DNA of 64,000 nucleotides, from NCBI GenBank assembly GCA_963770535.1, contig CAVYPZ010000002.1, positions 11,641 through 75,640 of the forward strand, in the 5' to 3' direction. The DNA is from an uncultured Actinomycetes bacterium (GTDB taxonomy: Bacteria; Actinomycetota; Actinomycetes; Streptosporangiales; Streptosporangiaceae). Below the pieces are notes generated by a model. The model had not been told where the DNA came from. It searched no databases and saw only the letters and a program-made list of their open reading frames with translations. The translations under genes were made by a program, and so were the position numbers. Below are positions 53,159-62,947 of this stretch, one piece after another (within the stretch, counting starts at the first letter, position 1; the number at the start of each line of letters is the position of its first letter).

Positions 53159-55404
53159 GCAGCGCCCTGGACACCGTTGACCGCGCCGCGGCCACGCCCG
53201 GCCAGCCCCAGCCCTACGCGGAGCTCGGCCTGACCAGCGGGGAGTACGCGCGGATCGGCGAGCTGCTGGGCCGCCGGCCGACCGACGCGGAGCTGGCGAT
53301 CTACTCGGTGATGTGGAGCGAGCACTGCTCCTACAAGTCGTCCAAGGTGCACCTGCGGCGCTTCGGGGAGACCGCGCCGCCATCGCCGGCGCTGCTCGCC
53401 GGGATCGGCCAGAACGCTGGCGTGGTGGACATTGGCCAGGGGTACGCCGTCACGTTCAAGGTGGAGTCGCACAACCACCCCTCCTACGTGGAGCCGTTCC
53501 AGGGCGCGGCGACCGGCGTGGGCGGGATCGTGCGCGACATCCTGGCCATGGGAGCCCGCCCGGTCGCGGTGATGGACTCGCTGCGGTTCGGCCCCGCTGA
53601 CGCGCCGGATACCCACCGGGTGCTGCCCGGGGTCGTGTCGGGCATCTCGTTCTACGGCAACTGCCTCGGCCTGCCCAACATCGGCGGCGAGCTGGCCTTC
53701 GACCCCTGCTACCGGGGGAACCCGCTGGTCAACGCGCTGTGCGTCGGGGTCATGCGGCACGAGGACCTCAAGCTCGCCGCGGCCCGCGGGACGGGCAACA
53801 AGGTGATCCTGTTCGGCTCCCGGACCGGCCCTGACGGCATCGGCGGTGCTTCCGTGCTGGCCAGCGCGACGTTCGGGGCAGGTGAGGCGGCTAAGCGGCC
53901 CAGCGTGCAGGTCGGCGACCCGTTCATGGAGAAGCTGCTGATCGAGTGCTGCCTGGAGCTGTACGCGGCCGGCCTGGTGACCGGCATCCAGGACCTCGGC
54001 GCGGCCGGCGTCGCGTGCGCCACGACCGAGCTGGCCGCCGGCGGCGGCAGCGGGATGCAGGTGGATCTGTCCGCAGTGCCGCTGCGCGACCCGGCGCTGG
54101 GCCCGGCCGAGATCCTGATGAGCGAGTCACAGGAACGCATGATGGCCGTGGCCGAGCCGGCCAACGTGGGCCGCTTCATGGACGTCTGCGCCCGCTGGGG
54201 TGTGCTGGCCACGGTGATCGGCGAGGTCACCGCCACCGGCCGGCTGGAGATGACCTGGCTCGGGGAGCGGGTGGTGGACATCCCGCCGGCCACCGCGGCC
54301 GACGAGGGCCCGGTCTACCACCGGCCCATCCAGCGCCCGGTGGCCCAGGACGCGCTGCTGGCCGACGATCCGGCCGCGCTGCCCCGGCCCCGCGGCGGCC
54401 CGGAGCTGCGGGCCACGCTGCTGTCCCTGCTGGCCTCGCCCGGCCTGGCCGACCCGGGCTGGGTCACCGAGCAGTACGACAGGCATGTGCGGGGCAACAC
54501 GATCCTGGCCGTGCCGCAGGACGCCGGCGTGATCCGCATCGACGAGCAGACCGGTCTCGGCATCGCGCTGGCCACGGACGGGAATGGCCGGTTCGGCCTG
54601 CTGGATCCCTACGCGGGGGCCCAGCTCGCGCTGGCCGAGGCCTACCGGAACGTGGCCGCCACCGGCGCGGTGCCGCTCGCGGTGACCAACTGCCTCAACT
54701 TCGGCTCGCCCGAGGATCCCGGGGTCATGTGGCAGTTCAGCGAGGCGGTCCGCGGGCTCGCCGACGGATGTGCCGCGCTCGGGGTCCCCGTCACCGGCGG
54801 CAACGTCAGCTTCTACAACCAGACCGACGAGACGCCGATCCATCCCACCCCGGTGGTGGGGGTGCTGGGTGTGCACGCCGACGTGACCCGGCGCGTCCCG
54901 ATCGGGCTGCGCACTGAGGGGGCCACGGTCGTGCTGCTGGGCCGGACCGGGCCGGAGTTCGGCGGCTCGGCCTGGGCCCAGGTGACCCACGGGCACTGCG
55001 GCGGGCGGCCCCCTGAGGTGGACCTGGCCGCCGAGCGGGCCCTGGCCGCCGTGCTGACCGGGGCGGCCGCGGAGGGGCTGCTGGAGGCCGCGCACGACCT
55101 GTCCGAGGGCGGCCTGGCCGTCGCGCTGGCCGAATGCTGCCTGGACCAGGGGATCGGCTGCCAGGTGACGCTGCCGGGGGACCTGTTCACCCAGCTGTTC
55201 AGCGAGTCGGCCGCCCGCGCCGTGGTCGCGGTCCGGCCGGGCTCGCAGCAGGCCTTCGCCGCCCTGGCCGCCCGCCATGGGGTGCCGGTCACCGAACTCG
55301 GCGTGGCCGGCGGGGACAGCCTGGTCGTCCAGGGCAGCTTCGGCATCCATGTCGATGAGCTGGCGGCCGCGCACCGGGCGACCCTGCCCGGCATCTTCGG
55401 CTGA
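53155..55404 (+). CDS. purL: phosphoribosylformylglycinamidine synthase subunit PurL
   Basis: ..[12 protein letters not shown].., ..[10 protein letters not shown].., ..GIQDLGAAG.., ..ESQERMM... GTGA overlap with purQ. Confidence 0.95.
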   Translation: MSSALDTVDRAAATPGQPQPYAELGLTSGEYARIGELLGRRPTDAELAIYSVMWSEHCSYKSSKVHLRRFGETAPPSPALLAGIGQNAGVVDIGQGYAVTFKVESHNHPSYVEPFQGAATGVGGIVRDILAMGARPVAVMDSLRFGPADAPDTHRVLPGVVSGISFYGNCLGLPNIGGELAFDPCYRGNPLVNALCVGVMRHEDLKLAAARGTGNKVILFGSRTGPDGIGGASVLASATFGAGEAAKRPSVQVGDPFMEKLLIECCLELYAAGLVTGIQDLGAAGVACATTELAAGGGSGMQVDLSAVPLRDPALGPAEILMSESQERMMAVAEPANVGRFMDVCARWGVLATVIGEVTATGRLEMTWLGERVVDIPPATAADEGPVYHRPIQRPVAQDALLADDPAALPRPRGGPELRATLLSLLASPGLADPGWVTEQYDRHVRGNTILAVPQDAGVIRIDEQTGLGIALATDGNGRFGLLDPYAGAQLALAEAYRNVAATGAVPLAVTNCLNFGSPEDPGVMWQFSEAVRGLADGCAALGVPVTGGNVSFYNQTDETPIHPTPVVGVLGVHADVTRRVPIGLRTEGATVVLLGRTGPEFGGSAWAQVTHGHCGGRPPEVDLAAERALAAVLTGAAAEGLLEAAHDLSEGGLAVALAECCLDQGIGCQVTLPGDLFTQLFSESAARAVVAVRPGSQQAFAALAARHGVPVTELGVAGGDSLVVQGSFGIHVDELAAAHRATLPGIFG

Positions 55405-55443
55405 CCCGCCCCCGCAGGGCGGGCCGTGGCGGGCCTGCCCAGC

Positions 55444-56097
55444 TCAGAAGGCTGTCCAGAACATGATCAGCTGCGGCCACGGCCTGCCGGTACCGCACTT
55501 TTGCAGTTCCGCTATGACCGACCCGCCCGACGACGCGGTTCCCAGCCCCAGGCAGCGCCCGTCAGACGCGCTGCGCAGCGCCCAGTAGTCCCGCCCCTGC
55601 GCGTCGGTTCTCTCGAACGGGTGATACCAGCGCTGGTCGAGCCGCGTGTCACAGGGCGCCACCTGCACGGTCGCCTGGGCGCCGCTGCCCACCGCGGTCA
55701 GGCACTGCCCGGTCGCGGAGGACAGCAGGACGAACGCGCCGCCGCCCATTTCGTCGGCCTGCCACTGCTGGCTGGACTGGACGGACTCGCCCCCGCCCCT
55801 GCTGGGGGTGAAGAGAAGGCCGCCCGCCGACCCTTCGAGCAGCGTCGCGGGGGAACCGGGGGATCCGGCCTGGCCGGTGCGGCCCAGGTTGGCCAGGCCC
55901 ACCGACTGCTGGCTGGTTATCTTGTTCGACAGCCGGAGCTGCCCTCCCTGCGCCGCGCTGGTGCTCCGGGAATGGAGGAACGCAACCACGCCCACGCCGA
56001 CCAGCACCGCCAGCACCACGGTCGCGCTGACCAGGACGACAGCCGTGGCCCGCGATCTGCCCTTGCCTCGCCGCCCAGGACCGCGCATTCCCGCCAT
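55444..56097 (-). CDS. membrane-anchored protein with ricin-type beta-trefoil-like domain
   Basis: Basic N-terminus plus a TM helix (AVVLVSATVVLAVLVGVGVVAF). QxW-like repeats (SQQWQ, DQRWY). ..GQCLTA.., ..GRCLGL.. Confidence 0.45.
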   Translation of the reverse strand: MAGMRGPGRRGKGRSRATAVVLVSATVVLAVLVGVGVVAFLHSRSTSAAQGGQLRLSNKITSQQSVGLANLGRTGQAGSPGSPATLLEGSAGGLLFTPSRGGGESVQSSQQWQADEMGGGAFVLLSSATGQCLTAVGSGAQATVQVAPCDTRLDQRWYHPFERTDAQGRDYWALRSASDGRCLGLGTASSGGSVIAELQKCGTGRPWPQLIMFWTAF

Positions 56098-56245
56098 AAG
56101 GATGACGATTACTGGCTACTGGCTAGTTAAGCCACCTATATGAGGAAATCGCTCGAATCATGCTATATGGCGTCACCGAGAGGCCCCGGCTGTCTACCCG
56201 GCGTCCCGGATCATGACGATTCGGGTCACGGTACGTTAGGCGCTG

Positions 56246-56725
56246 ATGCCTTCCCGCCGCCCCGATCCCCAGCGACTGCTCGCCGCCCTGGACGCGCAGC
56301 GGCTGGCGCTGGGCCAGGATCCGTGGGCAGGCCCGGCCGATCCCGCGGTGCTGGGCCGGGCGCTGGCCTTCTCGGTGCTCGGGGCGCTGGATGCGGGCGC
56401 CGAGCCACGGCGGGAGGCGATCCGGGCCGCGGTCACCCACCTGCTCGGGCTGCTCGCCTCCGACGCGCCCGGCCGCGCGGTGGAGGTCCGGGTTCCGCCG
56501 TACGCCGCGGTCCAGGCCATCGCCGGGCCGCGGCACACCCGGGGCACCCCGCCGAACGTGGTGGAGACCGACCCTGTGACCTGGGTCAGGCTGGCCCTGG
56601 GCCGGGTCACCTGGGCGCAGGCCCGGGAGGCCGGGCTGGTCAGTGCCAGCGGCCCGCGGGCCGACCTGTCGGGATGGCTGCCGCTCCTGCGCGGCACGAC
56701 CAGCGCCCCGCCGTCATTAGACTGA
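56246..56725 (+). CDS. sterol-carrier (SCP2-like) family protein
   Basis: ..[67 protein letters not shown]... Its position between purL and purF matches other actinobacteria. Confidence 0.6.
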   Translation: MPSRRPDPQRLLAALDAQRLALGQDPWAGPADPAVLGRALAFSVLGALDAGAEPRREAIRAAVTHLLGLLASDAPGRAVEVRVPPYAAVQAIAGPRHTRGTPPNVVETDPVTWVRLALGRVTWAQAREAGLVSASGPRADLSGWLPLLRGTTSAPPSLD

Positions 56726-56729
56726 CCAG

Positions 56730-58199
56730 GTGGTCAACCCCGATGGCCGACTGACGGACGACGTGGATCCCGGAGACCGGCCTCCTCGGGATGCATGCGG
56801 TGTCTTCGGCGTGTGGTCCCCTGGTGAGGAAGTCGCCAAGCTCGCCTACTTCGGCCTCTACGCCCTGCAGCACCGGGGCCAGGAGTCCGCCGGCATCGCC
56901 GTCAGTGACGGCGACCGGATCGTGGTGTACAAGGACATGGGCCTGGTCGCCCAGGTCTTCGACGAGGCCGCGCTGTCCACGCTGCGGGGCCACATCGCGG
57001 TCGGGCACTGCCGGTATTCCACCAGCGGCGCCTCGACCTGGGAAAATGCGCAGCCCACGTTCCGGTCCACGCCGGTGGCCAGCCTGGCCCTGGGCCACAA
57101 CGGCAACCTGATCAACACCCTCGAGCTTGCGGCGGTCGCCAGCGGTGCCGAAGGGGAGCGCGGGCCCGCCGGCCAGCGGGCCACGACCGACACGGACGTG
57201 CTCACCGCGCTGTTCGCCGACCCCCGGATGCCCAGCGTCGAGGACAGCGCGCTGGCCACCCTGCCGCTGGTGCGCGGGGCCTACTCGCTGGTGTTCATGG
57301 ATGAGCACACCCTGTACGCGGCCCGCGACCCGCAGGGCTTCCGCCCCCTCGTGCTGGGCCAGCTGGCCGCCGGCTGGGTGGTGGCCAGCGAGACCGCCGC
57401 CCTCGACATCGTGGGCGCGTCGTTCATCCGGGAAATCGAGCCCGGCGAGCTGGTCACCATCGACGAGCGCGGGGTCAGGTCGCGGCATTTCGCCCGCCCG
57501 CACCCGGCGGGCTGCCTGTTCGAGTACGTCTACCTGGCCCGCCCGGACACGGCCATCGCGGGGCGCAGCGTGCAGGCCACCCGGGTCCAGGTCGGCCGGA
57601 TGCTGGCCGCCGAGCACCCGGTCGAGGCGGACCTGGTCATCCCGGTGCCGGAATCGGGCACCCCGGCGGCCATCGGCTACGCCCAGGCCAGTGGCATCCC
57701 CTACGGCCAGGGGCTGGTCAAGAACTCCTACGTCGGGCGGACGTTCATCCAGCCCAGCCAGACGATCCGGCAGCGCGGCATCCGGCTCAAGCTGAACCCG
57801 CTGCGGGAGGTCATCGCCGGGCAGCGGGTCGTCGTGGTCGACGACTCGATCGTGCGCGGCAACACCCAGCAGGCCATCGTGGCCATGCTCCGCGAGGCGG
57901 GCGCCGCGGAGGTGCACGTGCGGATCTCCAGCCCGCCCGTGGCGTGGCCCTGCTTCTACGGGATCGACTTCGCCACGCGCGCCGAGCTGATCGCGGGCAG
58001 TTCCACGGTCGAGGAGATCCGCGACTCGATCGGGGCCGACTCACTCGGCTTCGTCTCGCTGGAGGGCCTCACCGAGGCGACCACGATCCCCGCGGGCCGG
58101 CTGTGCCGGGCCTGCTTCGACGGCCAGTACCCGATCCCGGTCGCCGAGGCCGAGCGGGGCAAGCACCTGCTGGAAATCACCCCTCCGGTCCTGTCATGA
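56730..58199 (+). CDS. purF: amidophosphoribosyltransferase
   Basis: Propeptide then CGVFGVW, ..LQHRGQESAGI.., PRT motif ..VVVVDDSIVRGNT.., and Fe-S cysteines ..PCFYGID.. Confidence 0.95.
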   Translation: MVNPDGRLTDDVDPGDRPPRDACGVFGVWSPGEEVAKLAYFGLYALQHRGQESAGIAVSDGDRIVVYKDMGLVAQVFDEAALSTLRGHIAVGHCRYSTSGASTWENAQPTFRSTPVASLALGHNGNLINTLELAAVASGAEGERGPAGQRATTDTDVLTALFADPRMPSVEDSALATLPLVRGAYSLVFMDEHTLYAARDPQGFRPLVLGQLAAGWVVASETAALDIVGASFIREIEPGELVTIDERGVRSRHFARPHPAGCLFEYVYLARPDTAIAGRSVQATRVQVGRMLAAEHPVEADLVIPVPESGTPAAIGYAQASGIPYGQGLVKNSYVGRTFIQPSQTIRQRGIRLKLNPLREVIAGQRVVVVDDSIVRGNTQQAIVAMLREAGAAEVHVRISSPPVAWPCFYGIDFATRAELIAGSSTVEEIRDSIGADSLGFVSLEGLTEATTIPAGRLCRACFDGQYPIPVAEAERGKHLLEITPPVLS

Positions 58200-59245
58200 C
58201 CAGCTCCTACCGTGACGCGGGCGTGGACATCGCCGCGGGCGAGCGGGCCGTGGACCTGATGCGCGCCTCGATCGCCCGGACCAGCGGCCCGGAGGTGATG
58301 GGCGGCCTGGGCGGGTTCGCGGGGCTGTTCGACGCCACCCGGCTGACCACGATGCGGCGGCCGCTGCTGGCCACCTCGACCGACGGGGTGGGCACCAAGG
58401 TGCTGATCGCCAGCCGCCTCGGGGTCTATGACACGATCGGCATCGACCTGGTCGGGATGGTCGTGGACGACCTGGTGGTGTGCGGGGCACAGCCGCTGTT
58501 CATGACCGACTACATGGTTTTCGGCTCCCTCCAGCCGGAGCGCGCCGCGGCCATCGTGTCCGGCGTGGCCGAGGGATGCGTCCGGGCGGGCTGCGCCCTG
58601 ATCGGCGGCGAGACGGCCGAGCATCCGGGCCATTTCGGGCCGGACGACTTCGACCTGGCCGGTGCGGCCACCGGCGTGGTCAACGCCGGCGACCTGCTCG
58701 GCCCGCACCGGGTGCAGCCGGGCGACGTGGTGGTCGCGCTGGCCTCCTCAGGGCTGCATTCGAACGGGTTCTCGCTGGTCCGGCGGATACTCCAGCGGGC
58801 CCGGCTGGACCTGGCCGCCGGGCTTCCCGGGATCCCCGGGACCCTGGGCGCCGAGCTGCTCACCCCCACGCGCATCTACGCCCGCGACTGCCTGGCCCTG
58901 GCCGCCGGCTGCGACGTGCACGCCTACGCGCACATCACCGGCGGCGGGCTGGCCGCCAACCTGGCCCGGGTGCTGCCCGCGGGGGCCGACGCGGTCCTGG
59001 ACCGGGGGACCTGGCGGCCACCGGCTGTGTTCAGGCTGCTCGCGGAGCGTGGCGGGGTAGCGGCGGCTGAGATGGAACAGGTGTTCAATATGGGCGTCGG
59101 CATGGCCGCCGTGCTCGCCCGCGCGGACGCCGGCCGCGCCCTCGCCATGCTGGCCGAGCGCGGCCTCCCGGCGTGGGTGCTCGGCGAGATCGTGCCCGGC
59201 ACGGGTGCCGCCCGGCTGGCCGGGCAGCATCCGCCGGGAAGCTAG
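58196..59245 (+). CDS. purM: phosphoribosylformylglycinamidine cyclo-ligase
   Basis: MTSSYRDAGVDIAAGE.., ..LLATSTDGVGTK.., ..GGETAEHPG.., ..HSNGFSLVR... ATGA overlap with the purF stop. Confidence 0.95.
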   Translation: MTSSYRDAGVDIAAGERAVDLMRASIARTSGPEVMGGLGGFAGLFDATRLTTMRRPLLATSTDGVGTKVLIASRLGVYDTIGIDLVGMVVDDLVVCGAQPLFMTDYMVFGSLQPERAAAIVSGVAEGCVRAGCALIGGETAEHPGHFGPDDFDLAGAATGVVNAGDLLGPHRVQPGDVVVALASSGLHSNGFSLVRRILQRARLDLAAGLPGIPGTLGAELLTPTRIYARDCLALAAGCDVHAYAHITGGGLAANLARVLPAGADAVLDRGTWRPPAVFRLLAERGGVAAAEMEQVFNMGVGMAAVLARADAGRALAMLAERGLPAWVLGEIVPGTGAARLAGQHPPGS

Positions 59246-59250
59246 GCCCT

Positions 59251-59514
59251 CTAGGCCCGCCCGGGCCTGCTCACGGGTGACCCATTGCCGTAGCCGAGCC
59301 CCTCGTCGTCCTCGTCTTCGTCGTCGGCATCATCGTCGTCAGCGTCATCGTCATCCGCGTAACGCCCTGCGACGTAGGGATCACTATCTGCCTCCCCATC
59401 GTCCCTGCCGACACCCAGCTCAGTCCGCAGCCGGTCAAGGTCCGTGCCGCCGCTGTTGTACTTCAGCTGGCGTGCCACCTTTACCTGCTTGGCCTTGGCT
59501 CGGCCGCGCCCCAT
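59251..59514 (-). CDS. DUF3073 domain protein
   Basis: MGRGRAKAKQVKVARQLKYNSGGTDLDRLRTELG.. plus an acidic tail. It is the conserved neighbour of purM in actinobacteria. Confidence 0.8.
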   Translation of the reverse strand: MGRGRAKAKQVKVARQLKYNSGGTDLDRLRTELGVGRDDGEADSDPYVAGRYADDDDADDDDADDEDEDDEGLGYGNGSPVSRPGRA

Positions 59515-59777
59515 TGGCTCGACCCCCTCGAACATGCGGAGCCACTCTCGGGCTCCTGCTCCCTGCGCTGATGACCTGCGGCTTTACGCATGCAGGACGG
59601 CCCGTCGCCTCTTCACCGCTTGAGGTGCGACGCGCTTCCAGCTTGCGTACATCCCCAACCGTACCTGCTTTGCGCCGTAAGCGCCTCTACAGGATGCGAG
59701 CAGGCCTGATTGACCCTCATCAATTCCTGACCCGCGGCCCTGGCCGGGGCACCCTCCCGGGGAGGGCGGACGAAGGC

Positions 59778-60875
59778 TCACCGACCCAGCCAGATCCCCC
59801 GCAGCCTGCCCACCTCGGACATCCGGCGCTCGGCCAGACGGTCCGCGGCGACCGCCGGCGGCACTCCCTCGGTGTCGGCCAGCGCGAAAATCTGCCTGGT
59901 CGTGTCGTAGATCTGCCCGGCCCGGGCCTGGGCCCGCTCGAAGTTGAACCCGCCCAGCTCGTCGGAGACCTGGATCACGCCGCCCGCGTTGACCACATAG
60001 TCCGGGGCGTACAGGACGCCCCGGTCAGCGAGCAGTTTCTCGATCCCGGGGTGAGCCAGCTGGTTGTTGGCCCCGCCGCAGATGATGCTGGCCCGCAGGC
60101 TCGCCACGGTGTCGTCGTCCAGGGCGCCACCGAGCGCGCACGGGGCGTAGACGTCCAGCTGCCGGGCCAGGAGCCCGGCCCGGCCCGGCACCACCTGCAC
60201 GCCCGGGTGGGCCGCCGCGACCCGGCTCACCGCGTCCGGGTCCACGTCGCAGATCACGGCCGACGCGCCCGCCTCGGCCAGGAGGGTGACCAGCCTCCGC
60301 CCGACCTTGCCAACTCCTTCCACGCCTACCAGGCGCCCCTCCAGGCTCGGGCTGCCCCACAGGTGCTCAGCGGCGGCCCGCATGCCCTGGAAGACGCCGA
60401 ACGCGGTGAGCACGGAGGAGTCGCCCGCGCCGCCGTTCGGCACGGTCCGCCCGGTCACGTGGCCGGATTCCCGGGCGATGACGTCCATGTCCTCGCTGTA
60501 GGTGCCGATGTCACACGCGGTGATGTAGCGTCCGCCCAGCGACTCCAGGAAGCGGCCGTACGCCCGGAGCAGCGCCTCGGACTTCTGCGTGGCGGGATCG
60601 CCGATGATCACGGCCTTGCCGCCGCCATGGTCGAGGCCCGCTATCGCGTTCTTGTAGGCCATGGCCCGGGACAGGTTCAGCACGTCGGCCAGGGCCGTGT
60701 CGTCGTCCGGGTAGGGGTAGAAGCGGGTCCCGCCGAGCGCGGGGCCGAGCGCCGTCGAGTAGATGGCGATGATGGCCCGCAGGCCGCTGCGGCGGTCCTG
60801 GCAGAAGACGACCTGCTCGTGCCCCGGATCGGTGCCGGAGTTCAGGGCGGTCGGAGGGGGGAACACGTTCGTCAC
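59778..60875 (-). CDS. vdh: valine/leucine dehydrogenase (Glu/Leu/Phe/Val dehydrogenase family)
   Basis: ..[13 protein letters not shown].., catalytic ..[19 protein letters not shown].., Rossmann ..[13 protein letters not shown].., ..ICGGANNQL... GTG start near 60875. The upstream part of the 587-aa track ORF is not coding. Confidence 0.85.
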   Translation of the reverse strand: MTNVFPPPTALNSGTDPGHEQVVFCQDRRSGLRAIIAIYSTALGPALGGTRFYPYPDDDTALADVLNLSRAMAYKNAIAGLDHGGGKAVIIGDPATQKSEALLRAYGRFLESLGGRYITACDIGTYSEDMDVIARESGHVTGRTVPNGGAGDSSVLTAFGVFQGMRAAAEHLWGSPSLEGRLVGVEGVGKVGRRLVTLLAEAGASAVICDVDPDAVSRVAAAHPGVQVVPGRAGLLARQLDVYAPCALGGALDDDTVASLRASIICGGANNQLAHPGIEKLLADRGVLYAPDYVVNAGGVIQVSDELGGFNFERAQARAGQIYDTTRQIFALADTEGVPPAVAADRLAERRMSEVGRLRGIWLGR

Positions 60876-61046
60876 GGTAGTGACTGCCTCTCGCGTTCTG
60901 GTGGATGCGTTCGCCCGGCGCACGGCAGGCCAGGCGGCCTGGGGTGGGGCCGGCCCGGATCCGACACTATCGCTGCGGTGGACCAGTGACGATGTCGTTA
61001 TCCGCAGGACATGTACCGCGGTTCGCGGGCGTGCCACGATGCGAAC

Positions 61047-61985
61047 GTGCGACCCTACGCGGCCTATCTGCGCGTCTATGAGCCCCTCTCCGCGTTCAGT
61101 GATGCGGAGGGCCGGTACTGGGCGCAGTACGCGGCTTCCGCGGCGCGGCCGCGCCGCGCGTCCTCGCTGGATGCGGAGCAGGCGGAGGCGCTCGGCAGGC
61201 TGATCGCCATCCCGGCGATCGCGGCCCCGCGGCGGGAGAGCGGCCACGCCTATGTCCGCTGGGCCGACGGGGTCACCTACATCTGCCCCTGGCAGACCCG
61301 GCTGCGGTCCTGGCTCGAGCTGGCCCGGCTGCGTTCCACCGCGCGCCCGCTGATGGCCGCCGCGTTCACGGCCGGCCAGGCCGACGAGGCGCTGCGTGAC
61401 TTCGCCTGCTGGCAGGGCCAGGCGTCGTCGCTGCGGGTCTTCATCCAGTCCTGCACCTGGTCGGTTCCCCCCGGATGGTTCGTGCCCTTCGCCCCCGAGG
61501 AGAGGTGGCTCGTGCTGGACGGCGCCGGCGACGGCAGCCACGGGCCGGCCACCGCCGCGGCGGCCCGGACGCTCCTGTACGCCACGGCCATGTCCCAGGC
61601 CCGCCGGAGGGTCGCCCGGGCCCTGAACGCGCTGCGGCGCACCAGCGGCGATGCCTTAACGAGCCCGCCCGGCGCAGCGGGCGGCGGGGGCCACGCGGGC
61701 GAGCCCGGCGGCCGGGACGGCCTGGGCCCATGGCAGGCCACCGTGGAGATTGCCCAGATCGGCCGGTGGCTGGAGGAGTTCCATCCCCATTCGGTCGTGG
61801 AACTGGATTACGGCGGCCTCGTGCACCTGCTGGACGACGATTCGCTGCGCGCTGACCAGTCGGCGGCGGAGGTGTCGGCGTCCATCAGCGCCACCCGGGA
61901 AGGCCAGCAGGACCTGGCCAGCGTGCTCTACCAGAGGCTCCGCAGCAGGTGGCAGGCACTGGAGTCCCTCGAAGCCGCCAACTGA
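61047..61985 (+). CDS. conserved actinobacterial hypothetical protein
   Basis: GTG at 61047 gives [59 protein letters not shown]... No family name recalled. Confidence 0.55.
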   Translation: MRPYAAYLRVYEPLSAFSDAEGRYWAQYAASAARPRRASSLDAEQAEALGRLIAIPAIAAPRRESGHAYVRWADGVTYICPWQTRLRSWLELARLRSTARPLMAAAFTAGQADEALRDFACWQGQASSLRVFIQSCTWSVPPGWFVPFAPEERWLVLDGAGDGSHGPATAAAARTLLYATAMSQARRRVARALNALRRTSGDALTSPPGAAGGGGHAGEPGGRDGLGPWQATVEIAQIGRWLEEFHPHSVVELDYGGLVHLLDDDSLRADQSAAEVSASISATREGQQDLASVLYQRLRSRWQALESLEAAN

Positions 61986-62243
61986 CTATCAGAGGACGAC
62001 TTTCCAGATTCCACCCGTTGCAACGATACGTGTCGCTAGAATCACGCAGCGTGACGCATAACAGTGGAGCAACGGGGGCGACCTGTCACAGAATCTTTGC
62101 TCCTGGTGGTCAACTTGTCACCGCTGGTGATGGCAATATGGTCTCAGTGGGCCATATGGGACATCCACGGCAGGCTCCGCCAGGAGCCAGGCAAAGCAAC
62201 AACCGCAGGATCGCAAACTGGTCCAAGAGGAGAGGCCGTAGAC

Positions 62244-62447
62244 ATGTCTGCACGTACACCCGAGGCCGAGCCGCTGTTGACCCCGGCTGAGGTCGCGACA
62301 ATGTTCCGCGTTGATCCCAAGACGGTGACGCGCTGGGCGAAGGCGGGGAAGCTGACCTCCATCCGGACGCTGGGGGGACACCGCCGGTACCGGGAGACTG
62401 AGGTCCGCGCGCTCCTGGCGGGCATCCCGCAGCAGCGCTCGGAGTAG
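62244..62447 (+). CDS. bldC: BldC, small MerR-like developmental DNA-binding protein
   Basis: MSARTPEAEPLLTPAEVATMFRVDPKTVTRWAKAGKLTSIRTLGGHRRYRETEVRALLAGIPQQRSE is nearly identical to Streptomyces BldC as I recall it. ATG follows GGAGAGG. Confidence 0.95.
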   Translation: MSARTPEAEPLLTPAEVATMFRVDPKTVTRWAKAGKLTSIRTLGGHRRYRETEVRALLAGIPQQRSE

Positions 62448-62663
62448 CGCGCACCACAGCACGAAAGGCACGACAGCAGTACACGCGATACCGGAAGTAC
62501 ACGCAGTACAGCACGACACGAGGGGGGGTCGGCCCCGGCGGACAGCCGGGCCGGCGAGCGGCGAACGCGCAGGTCGCTTGCTGGAGTTCGAGGGAACTGC
62601 CGGGGTCGATCCTGGGTCATCTCCAGACGGCGGGCCGCAATCTTTCCCGGGCACGGGCGGCTG

Positions 62664-62702
62664 GGCAGTGACTACTGTAGGTAGCCACTGCCTAACTTTT
62701 TG
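62664..62702 (+). terminator. candidate intrinsic terminator ~220 nt downstream of bldC
   Basis: GGCAGTG (62664-62670) pairs with CACTGCC (62686-62692) across a 15-nt loop, followed by TAACTTTTTGT. Confidence 0.4.
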
Positions 62703-62947
62703 TAACTGCCCTTGCTCGGGGCCGAGGTCCGTCATACTGGTCCCTGCCACCAGCCAGGACGGCTGCTCGCCAGCGCCGCGGCTAGGTGGCACGGCCGCCA
62801 GCCAGGGGGGAGGGCGGCTCGCCAGGTATCCGCGTCCCCGATGCCACGGCGCGTGCGGGGGCACGTTCCGGGGCGGGACGCGATGCCGCCGCCAGCCGGG
62901 ACTCGCGGCGCCCGGCGCGGCACCGCTTCTTAGGGGAGGATCGCACA

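Noticed and set aside
62019-62045. bldC promoter TTGCAA ... TAGAAT.
   Set aside because: The -10-like TAGAAT is convincing, but the TTGCAA hexamer is only 13 nt upstream, which is too short for a sigma-70-type spacer. Without TSS data no promoter is called. The perfect 10-bp palindrome CGTTGCAACG there is noted only.
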